A DNA stretch of 64,000 bases from the NCBI GenBank assembly GCA_002269645.1, contig NIVC01001298.1, forward strand, positions 124,001-188,000, in the 5' to 3' direction. The DNA comes from Macrostomum lignano. Lineage: Eukaryota. Shown piece after piece: positions 1 to 9,655 of this stretch. The position numbers were made by a program, and so were the translations under genes. How positions within the stretch are numbered: position 1 is the first letter of the stretch; every line of letters starts with the position of its first letter. A model generated the notes under the pieces. It saw only the letters and a list, made by a program, of their open reading frames with translations, searched no databases and was not told where the DNA came from.

Positions 1-1182
1 GAGCTCTGCAGGAGGAGGAGAGACCGTTGAAGAAGTGAACAGCCTGTCAGTGCGGAAGTACGATAACAGTCCGTTTAACGAGGTTTTCTCTGCAAAATGC
101 ATTGGCCAGTTTACATGGGAAGTTTGCAGTTCTTTTAGCACCTGAGCACCCAATTTCTTACTTTCTGGACTTCTCAAATGCAAATTGAGTAAATAAATAC
201 TCATTCCGTCTGTGGTCGTCACTTTTGAGAGTGCAGGTAAAGTCTCTCAATATCTCAATCAAGAAGACTTGAGTTGAGGAATGAAGTTGGGGAGTAGTGT
301 GCGAGAGTTGGAAGGATTAAAGCTACCCGATCAGTTTTCTCGTATATTTTACTTCAGAGCAGTCCAAGAGAAATTGCTGACTGGCGCATAGAGTGGCGGC
401 TTTTCAATGTTGCTGAGTATATATTGCTGTTGCATTGCTGGAATAAGCAGTATTGCATCAAATTAACTGATGTATTTAAAATTCGTAAGTTTAGGGTTTC
501 AGACATCAGTTACCAATTTCTATTGAAAACTCCAAATTTAGCCCATGCACTTTTCTGGGAAAACCAGCGTCCAATAAAAATCGCACTATCTATTCTTCCA
601 CTTAAGAAGTCAACATGATGAATTGTTTGCCAATCGGTTTTCACGCATAACTAATCCTTGGTAAAAGGTAATTAATGCAATAATTAAGACCCTTTGAATT
701 TATCTTCAAGTTACAATATGGAGTTTGTATTTTTGTCTACGGAGGTTTGAATTCCGTCATTAAAATATGTCAGTCGTTATTGTTAAGTTTGTACATAAAA
801 ATATGGGTCAGATTGTCAACAGAGGTCAGTACAGTACATGCAAAATGTATTTAAAACATGCAGATCAAATCTGATTGTCCAATTATGTCAGTATTTGTCA
901 GAAGGGATACTTTCGTAGTCTGCAAGGTTTGTCTGTCTGTCCTGGCGATGTTGGAATATTTTTTTAACATTTGCAATTTAAATTAAAATAGCATATACCA
1001 GCCTTTTGACTTGCATGTTGGCCAAAATAATTTTTGTGTAAAAATAAATATTGCATCGGCTGCGGATTGTCTCAGAATAAAACAGCAACTTTATCATCAT
1101 TGTGTCATGCTGTACGCTCATTATTCCACGCTTAGGAATCATTATTTTAGGCTTCTAAAAATACATTCATGAGACAATGTGT

Positions 1183-1357
1183 TTGTGTATATGGTTTTGT
1201 CATAGACAATGATAATTTTTTCACGAGTGGCGAAGCCATTGCTTGGCGAAGAATTGCTTGGCTTGGCGAGTGGCGAAGCCATTGCGAAGCCATTGACGAG
1301 TGGCGAAGCCACGAGTGACAAAATTTATCATTGTCTATGACAAAACCATATACACAA
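1183..1357. repeat. Short foldback/MITE-like palindrome
   Basis: ~33-bp inverted arms TTGTGTATATGGTTTTGTCATAGACAATGATAA / TTATCATTGTCTATGACAAAACCATATACACAA enclosing several GAGTGGCGAAGCCA-like repeats. Confidence 0.75.
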
Positions 1358-1756
1358 TCTATCATTATTTAAATGTGCCGCTGAGGCCAGTGCTGAATTA
1401 ATTAACTGAGACCCACTTTGCCGATCAGCACTGGTGAGTTTCAAAACGATCGACATTACAGCAAACGGATAGACGGATATGTTCTATACCAGCGCCCACA
1501 GGCAAAGCTGCCTTGCAATGTTTAGTACTAATCGGAGCATTTACATGTAGCGAATAATTCCATTTCATGACCGAATAGTTGACAAACAGTTGCGCAATCG
1601 CAAGCATTGGTTAGGTTTAGTCCCTTTGGTGGTACTTAGGGGAGTGCGCAGTTGCCAGTTTTATCTACGGAGCAATACGGGGATGGCATTGCATTGCATT
1701 GCAACAAAAACAACAACAAAAACAATTTCGCAAGCAAAGTCACAGAGCAGAGTGCA

Positions 1757-2150
1757 TCAGATGGCGCGCCGCAGAGCCTGAGAGCGGACGAAGTCCGCCC
1801 CGTTGGCAGTGTCGGGCACCCCGGCGTCGCGTAGGAGGCAGTCCACGCATCGACGGGTTTGGGCCTGACACCGCATGAACGGCCCTTGCAACGTAAGCAG
1901 CAGGACATCCTGAACAGGTTGGGGCAGTAGCCCTCGGTCCGGATCACGTGGCCCGCCAGTTAAAGTCGCCGCCGGCGCAGGATGATGGACGGGCGCTGCA
2001 GCTTGGCAATCAAGCAAGTCTAGGTATAGCCTCTCACCCAACCAATCAGAAACTTAACAGCCGGAGACCAGGTAATCCACAGTGCGAATCGGCTTAGGGA
2101 TGATGATGTCACAGTTCTTTGCTGATAGCTATAGCAGGTGATAGTCTCAA
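1757..2150 (-). pseudogene. GC-rich coding-like fragment of unknown identity
   Basis: 94-aa ORF 1757-2041 continues upstream past one stop (DIIIPKPIRTVDYLVSGC*VSDWLGERLY...); no recognisable motif. Confidence 0.2.
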
Positions 2151-2754
2151 ACTCGTCGATCGACGCCGTTGACCGGGGGATTCGTCCTTGATGATGAGGG
2201 GGGGGGGTTGTCGCAATCCGGGGATCAAGAGACGGTCATGACTCCGGAGGTATGAGTCCGGGAGTCCAAAAAGGTTAAGTCAGGACGGGGACGAGGGTTG
2301 AGTCCGAGCGGGCCAAAAACATCGGTTTAAATAGCCGCCAACTGGACCGCAGTTTGTTAAAATGGAACACCTGGACACTGATTGGTTGAGCCGATTTGTT
2401 ATAACTGACGTCGAAGTTTCTTCTAATTGGCTGAGCTTGTTGCGACCCAAACTCACGTGACCAAACGATCCTATTAGTTCCCTCGGAGCTATAAAAATAC
2501 TCCAGGCGCTGTCATAAATCACTCAAAATGGCTACATTGATGATTTTATGACCTTTCGCGTAGGAATTACAAAAATTAATAAAAAATGCATTAGAAAGAT
2601 CTTACTGTATTAAGTAGAAGGTGAAGATGGTGAAGAGAAATTGCTAATACTTTTAGGGGTAAAACGCATAGCTGTCAGAGCTGTCACACGCTTGAGTGAA
2701 CACAAGAAACAGGCCCTGACCTCATAAATCTGATGGCCTGTCAAAAATGATGAG

Positions 2755-2860
2755 AAAAAAGCTACCGCCCGCATCTGCTCAGTCGACCATCTGGCGCCTG
2801 CCTCAGCACTGAGTGAGGCGCAGGTGGCTGTCAAAACAGGCTCACAAGCAATGATTTATG
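2755..2860 (+). repeat. Dispersed repeat, copy 1 (copy 2 at ~48301-48405)
   Basis: Shared AAAAAAGCTACC...GACCATCTGGCGCC...CACTGAGTGAGGCGCAGGTG...GCAATGATTTA. Confidence 0.7.
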
Positions 2861-3361
2861 ACTCCAAAAGTAGGGAAAACCGCACCTATGTTATTATGAC
2901 TACAAGTATGGCAAAATTATGCATTCAAGGAAAATTAAGTAAAGAGGAGAAAAATGCTCATAGCCTGCTGTAATTGTAGGCCAACAAGTTTGGAGCCCAT
3001 GTGCGAACGTGAAATTTGGAAAAAAGTGCGTCCTCATCATAATATTGAATAGAGCTCTTGCTAAGACTATTGGTTAAACTTAATTCCAATGTGAAATGCA
3101 TGATCAATGCGAGCAAACTTCATTTGGCGGATCTTCGGCGGACAATCTTCAGCAGGCAAAATTCATGCTGGCAAACTTTGCTCGGGCAAGCTTCAGTGGG
3201 CAGACTTCGGCAGGCAGACTTTCGGGGCAAAATGCGAAAGATTAAAAAAAGGACCACTGTAAATTAACTGTATACGTACAGTGGTCCTTACACCAAAGAC
3301 CGATTTTTGGCCATCGGAGCTAGTGTTACTAGCTCTATTGATAAGGGGAGATAGGGATCCC

Positions 3362-4228
3362 TGTGACGTTGTCAATTTTAGTAGCCCCGTCAGGGGCCGT
3401 TTTAAAATACGTTACCAATCTGTAATATTGTCAATTTAATGGTCCCGTACTCTCACGTCTGCTTAAAGTAGTGACCAAAGAATTTTAAATAACTTGCGTA
3501 CGTTTGTTAGCCTAATTACAGTAGGCGATCGATAATTTCTGTTTTTCTCGCCGGCCAATCGAAAAGCCGGGCAAAAATTATGTTAGCCTGAAATTAAGTT
3601 CTCCGCGCGCACCCACCCCCAGCCCGCTCTTTATCAGTCCTGTCTGGCTGGGGCGCTCGGGGTGTTCCCCTTTCTCCCCTTTCTTTGCCTCTTGCTTTTT
3701 TCTTGTTTACTCGTTAGCCAGCCTTATGCTCCTTAGACCCTTGCCACACCGGCACTCCGTGTTTGCTTGCCTCCTCTCTCCGCCTCACTCCGCCACGGGT
3801 CTAAACCACGCCTCCGCCAAGCCTCAGTCACGCCACCTCAACTGTCTGTACGAGCTCTCGCTGCGAGCACCGCCACCACACGTTCACCGCCATCACACCG
3901 TCACCACCACCACACGTTCACCGCCATCACACCGTCACCATTGCCTCAGGCTCATCGACTCACTCTATCGCCTATTATCTATCTTATTGTTGTGTAGCCG
4001 CCAGTGCATTCCCTACGGATTCAGCAATCACTCTGCCCTATCTCTGTTGACCGCCCAGACGGAACTGATAATAGCAAGCCTAACTATCCTCTCATATTGT
4101 TACAATAAACAAGACTGCGGCCATTGCCCGCATCAGTTGTACTATCATCAAGTGCAACCGCTACAAATTTTGCCTCTGCCGTGTTGTCTTCGTTAATCAT
4201 TTTCGAGTCTGCCGGATAAATCATCACA
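3362..4228 (+). mobile_element. Solo LTR, diverged relative of the LTR family at 24982/49923/53802
   Basis: TG...CA termini (TGTGACGTTGTCA...TCATCACA), 5-bp TSD ATCCC at 3357-3361 and 4229-4233; shares TGTGACGTTGTCA start, GATCGATAATTT...TCTCGCC.GCCAAT and CAAGTGC..CCGCTACA with the reverse complement of the other family members. Confidence 0.85.
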
Positions 4229-4390
4229 ATCCCACTCGTAAATGTGTATAGTTTTATAGCCCCCATACTCTAGAAAATTTCGATATTTGCATTGAAAAAA
4301 AAATGTCAATCCTTGACCGATTCCGGAATTATTTCGCTCCGTTAAAAACCCTGCTTCCGCCATATTGTAAATTGGATAAATACTCACAAC

Positions 4391-4495
4391 ATGAAAGAGG
4401 CGATTGTCTTGGTGACTTGCTCGGCCCCTACTACTTCAAAGCATCCTCTCAATATGGTTTCTGACGAAGCCGAGGTCAAGCAAGACTTCTATAAG
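4391..4495 (+). other. Candidate first exon of a host transcript
   Basis: Open frame MKEAIVLVTCSAPTTSKHPLNMVSDEAEVKQDFYK ends at a strong donor AAG|GTAAGT (4496); YY1-like CCGCCATATT about 30 bp upstream; no convincing downstream exon. Confidence 0.3.
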
Positions 4496-6377
4496 GTAAG
4501 TTGACAACTAAGCTGTATTTTTTGTCTTTGTGATGAGGCACTTAATCTTATCTATCTTCGTCTACTATTATGGTTACGGCCTATGCTTTAAACGAGTTAA
4601 AATACTAGGCCTAGGGCTTATTTCTAAATAAGTGAATTGCATAGGCCTAGCCTTGCATTGTGTAGGCCTAAGCTTTTAAGTTTTAGGACCCTAGCGCACG
4701 GTCTAAGTCTTAACTTTTGAGTAGGCCTAGGGCTAATATGATAAAAATTCATCAAGCAAAACTAAATAGTAGGCCCTATTTGTTACTGTTAGCATTGTCT
4801 ATTCTTAGTATGGTAGGGGCCTAGGTATCTTGGTATTCTTAGTAGGCCTAGGCCTTATATATCATGAACTAAACTGGCATGTCTCTATGTTAGACATTGC
4901 CATTTTATTTATTTTATTTTATTTTATAAAAAAACAAATTTATGTAACAAGGCCTACATTCATTTATTGACAAATACATCTAGGCCTAGCCGCCTAGCTA
5001 GATCACTAATGTGCTATAACTAGGCATTCTGGTGAGGTTTTTGAAGTTTCAAGATTAGCAAATATTTTGCTTTTCTTTGATTGAGCATACAAGTATGAGT
5101 AAAAAGACACCTCACTTTTGAATTTTGGTCAAGTAATGAAAAAGTTATAGCATTTTTAGTATCACATTTTTGACACTTCCGTAATGCATTTTTCCCATAA
5201 GGTACTGTGATCATTTTTCTTCAAAATGTCTGATTTTCCGAGTTATAGATAATATAGCTTTTGAACTATCCAATGCATTTTTATGCCTAATATGTCATTT
5301 TTTAGCATTTTTCTTGTAGATTTTTTGAATTAATACTTTGCAAAATACAATTGATAGTTTTTCTTCTATTCTCAAAATAATGAGGTGACGTAAATGAAAT
5401 TTTAATCCTCAGACCACAATTATTCCATTTTTATCCTTATATAGATCATCCAAGTGCAATACCCAGCAGATCTAGCTGTCTGGCAAGGGGCCTAGCCAAG
5501 ATAAGTTGCAAAAATGCCCATCTAATTAGTACTTTAAATTAGGAAACAAGTACTAATTAGATGACGAGGTATTTACTCCTGCTGTTTACCCAAAACATTG
5601 GTACTATTATTGGAGTTGTGGTAAGATCTAGCAATGAGATCATTGTTTCCTCGTGTTTGTATGCCATTTTGGATGAATAAAACAGAAGAAAAAAGAAGAA
5701 AAAGAAAGTCCATTTGCTTCTAAAAGGGTAGGCCTAGTCTGAAATGCAACTAGGCTAGGGTTTACTTTGAATCAGTCGCGCGTTGTTGCGCGTTAAGATA
5801 GCTCCAAAATTATTTTTGCATCTTATTCACCATGAAATCCTACGTAAAAAACATCGTGTCACCACCCTGTCACCAGTCTTGTTTCGAGTCAAAAATTTTA
5901 GTTGAAGACTTTGGACTAATATTTATAGAAGAAAAATATCTCAATTTTCTTTGCATTGCAGAAGAAATATATTCCGTAACTATTAATCTTTGTTTTACTG
6001 AAAACCGCTTATCAAAAAAAGCACTCGTTTTGATGCAATTCAAATTTCTGTCGGTCACTTAATTTTCCCGTGTTGTCACAGTTTCCAAAGCATGGTGAAT
6101 TTGTTTGTTTTTCAAATTACCGTAGCTTCACTATTTGACATTGTAGGAACCTCCAAGTAGTCTCAAATTAAAGCTTAAATCTCTCTCTTCAGGACATATA
6201 TTTCCGTTTTTCTTAACTCTCTTGGTTTTCTAGTTTTTTTATCATATGAAGTTGGTATCATTTAGCTCTTTTTAGCAGATTTTGCTCGGCACGCACAGGT
6301 CACGTGACCCTCACCAGAATGCCTACTATAACACTAAAAATCTAGTAAAAGTACTAAAAGTCTAATTAAAACAAAAG

Positions 6378-7376
6378 TGTTACAGGGGTCTTGGGGGAGG
6401 GAAGTTATCCTATTGCTGACACCAATTCTGTTGTAGGGTGAGGTCGAGGGTTATTGGGAATTTTCAGGGTTTTCTTAGAATTTGGGGCGAACTGCGCAAT
6501 TTATACTACTAACAAGAATAAGCCGTAGGTTGCTCCTAGTGGCGTGGTGTGTCCAAGCGGCAAGACACAGTTTCTATTCTCAGTCCGGGAAATATAGATG
6601 GGAGAGGGGAATTAAAGGCTTCGCGATGGATCGGAGTTGCCTGGGAAAGCGTACTAATGGGGAATTTCTAAATACTAATAGGGAATGCTGACAGCATTAG
6701 ATAAGAAGGCAATCTGCCTAATGAATGTGGGAAATTTCGACTAGGAAGGGTTGGGATTGGGAGCGGGGATGCCGGGGGGGGGGGGCAGACTGTACGTCTA
6801 AGAGAATAAGGCTGTACACCTGAGCAGACAGACTGTCCACTAAAAGGGGGGAGGGGCAGAAGCGGCGGGCGCCAGTTCTGCTGGGAGAAGGGAAAGAGAC
6901 AAAACTCGGGGGGGGGGCAGGACTGAACGTCCCTGGGAAAGGGGGAAGAAGTTTTAAACACTTCTAACTGTACAAGCTTCGCAGGGGGAAAGGCGGAACG
7001 CCTTTAAATGACTAAGACGGAGCTATTTTTAGAACAGTGTTCAGTTACAACCGCTAAATAACTAGGCTAGTGGAGGTCTCAGCGAACAAAGCAGTTCAGC
7101 AGAGAGGAAGCGAGCTTTTCTTTTCTCAATTTATTTTCTTGCTTATATAGGATTTGCTAACAAATGGCGGACGCATTTTAACTAATAAAACACTAGATTA
7201 TACGGTAGGCTACTAATTGAAACTAATAATTGCTACTAATGACATAAAAAATATTTATTTATATAGGCACAATAATTTCTTGTAGTTTTTAGAAAAATAG
7301 TCGTATTATACGTGAAATCAGTAGGCAAAATAGACAAAAATAGGCAAAGTAGGCAAAATAATAGGCAACTGTTACA
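6378..7376 (-). repeat. Gypsy 3' LTR
   Basis: Direct repeat of 14882-15875 with scattered substitutions; on the minus strand it is preceded by the purine-biased tract AAGCCAGGAAGGCCAGT (7377-7393, probable PPT). Confidence 0.95.
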
Positions 7377-7538
7377 ACTGGCCTTCCTGGCTTGATAAAT
7401 TTAAATATAGTGAGAATTTTCAAAAATGATACATAGAATAGCAATGATAGAACAAATGGAATAATGTGTATATTTGCAAAAAAACGAGAATAATGGAAGC
7501 TAATAAAATTGCAGAATAAATGTTCATCAGCAATATAA

Positions 7539-8568
7539 CTAATTCAAATTGAGTTTGCTCGGCAGCCGATGCTGATGGGGCCAGCCACATTCTTGGCCTA
7601 GCCAGCAAATCTCGATCAGCAAGCTTTGCTCATTGTAGTGGCGCGGACCGCGGTGGAGATCTGTCAGTGCGTAGTGGGCCGCACGCCACCAGGCAGCAAC
7701 AGCGTGCATTGGCTGCAGACGGCGAAGATTATGCAGCACTGGCCGCAGCGTCTCGCGTTGAGGGAATTCGCGGCCATCTCGGAATCGGCCAGCGTGAATG
7801 AAATACAGCTTGATCGCTATAACCATACGGCGATAATCGGCGCGTTGGGCCTCTGCCAGACTCTCGATAGCCTGCGTAAAGTTTCCGCCAATCTCCCGCA
7901 GGGGTTGGTCCTGTCTCAAATCCAGCCATCAGAGGTGGTATGCTGGAGTCCAACAGTTCCATCTTGATAGGCGGGACTAGGCGGGGACGCGGTTGGTTTA
8001 TCAGTCGAACCCCATAAGTCGATGGCGGGGTGACTAATGGTTGCTCGGGCTGCTGCTTAGGCGGAGACCTGGATCGGGATCGATGCTTCTGCGATGTTGA
8101 CGAAGGGCGAGGCCCAAGTCTCTGGCGGATGGCTGGCCGGGGTGCTTCACTAGTCGTTAACACGATAGCAGATCTGGCATCAGAGGGCTGGCGCTGTATG
8201 GCGGTTGGGGGGATGGTGACAGGGGCATCAGCATGGCGTCGGAGCAATTTAACTCGCTCTTCTGATCGACGGGAGACTGAATCGGCCGGCGATTGGCGAT
8301 TGGTGATCGGCGATTGACGATCAGGGGCGACCAATGGCGGGTGGGCATCTGAGGTAGCTGACGACGAGTGCGCGTCAGAGGTGGACGGCTGCGGCGGGCG
8401 AGTCACAACTGAGGCGATGCGAGGCTTAGGACCTGGCTTGCTTGGCCTTGTGGGCTGGCGCTCAGGGATGGGCAAATCACTGTCTGATTCCTCGTCGAAT
8501 TCACAGTCATTAGAGTCGCTGAGACGAAGGTTGTCCTCCAGCTGCTTAAGACTCTCTTCTGAATACAT
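7539..8568 (-). pseudogene. Extra ORF between integrase and 3' LTR (unknown function, one frameshift near 7920-7990)
   Basis: 279-aa acidic/Pro/Ser-rich ORF 7729-8568 overlaps a helical-looking frame 7539-7919; no signal peptide or TM segment. Confidence 0.6.
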
Positions 8569-8939
8569 TGGGAATCTGATTGCTTAATCAGCGCAGGGTA
8601 TAAAGATCACTTAGATAGTAAAAATTTAAAAGTCGGGCTTGACAGTATTAATTAGCGAGAAGTGGGAATTTTGGAGAGCAGAAGGCTTGGGATCTGATTG
8701 TGCAATGGCCTAAAAATGCTTATATTTACTGACTATTGTTCACAGACAAGGGAGGTCCTCTTTTTTTCGTGACCCACCTCATTTTCTACGCTCTTTGGGC
8801 TCTAGTTTCTTTGTCGATCGATAATTTGAGGGGTTCTTTGTGCATAGCTAGGGTCTGGGCGAGGGCTTCTTGTGTTCAAAATTTGGGTCTGCCGGGCGAA
8901 GGGGGACGGCGAGGGAGGGGTAGAAAGGCGTAGACGGGC

Positions 8940-9630
8940 TTAATATTCTAGATTGCGCAAGAATCTTACTGCTAATAGTAGGCGGTCTAGATGACAGTTG
9001 CAACGCTGTTTATTTTGGGGTGGGGGCCTTAAATTGTAGGGGTGACAACGTGGGGGTTCGGGATCTCGCGGGACAGGAGAGGGGGGTCGGGGCTGAGGGA
9101 TCTCTTCGTTTGGGGCCTCACTCTCTGACTCATCGGTCATTTCATTCTCTTCCTCTGTTTGGGCTTCACTCCATTCTTCTGGCTGGATTTCATTGTCTTC
9201 TTCTTCTAACTCTTCGTTCTCTGCTTCTCTAATTTGGCATCTCCAATTAATTTCTTCCTCATCAGATTCTTCTTCAGATTCAACTGGTTCGGGCAGGATT
9301 AATTTTTGGGAATTTTGGAGGGGTTGGCCTTCCTTAATTACAGGTTGTCTCTTAGGTTTAGTAGAGACGGGAATTGAAGCGGGAGTGGGAACGGGAGCGG
9401 GATTAGAGGCGGAATCAAGGGCATCTCGCTGGTCTTCCTTAGTGATTCGCTCTGCGGTAGAATTTGGGACTGGGGTTAGATTGTCTCGATGCATGAGCAT
9501 TTCTTTTCCTACTAATTCTCCTTCTTCTTCTTTCTGGACTTTGAAAACCACTTCTGATAGTTGGGCTAAAACTCTAAAGGCGGATCTCTTCTTTCGGTGG
9601 AACTTGTGGGATTCTTCGCTATCTAGCTAG
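8940..9630 (-). pseudogene. Gypsy integrase C-terminal region (frameshifted from pol)
   Basis: FRVLAQLSEVVFKVQ...MLMHRDNL resembles the GPF/Y-adjacent IN tail, followed by an acidic/Pro-rich tail. Confidence 0.75.
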
Positions 9631-9655
9631 GGGTTATTAATCAGTGCAAGGCAAC

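Noticed and set aside
1-260. Open minus-strand frame of about 80 codons running off the window edge
   Set aside because: No start, splice signal or motif could be assigned from the available sequence
5440-5500. IIQVQYPADLAVWQGA as an actin-related second exon joined to 4391-4495
   Set aside because: Resemblance to the actin-fold SVWIGGS region is weak and the frame stops immediately
7539-8568. env gene of an errantivirus-like element
   Set aside because: No signal peptide, furin site plus fusion peptide, or transmembrane anchor visible
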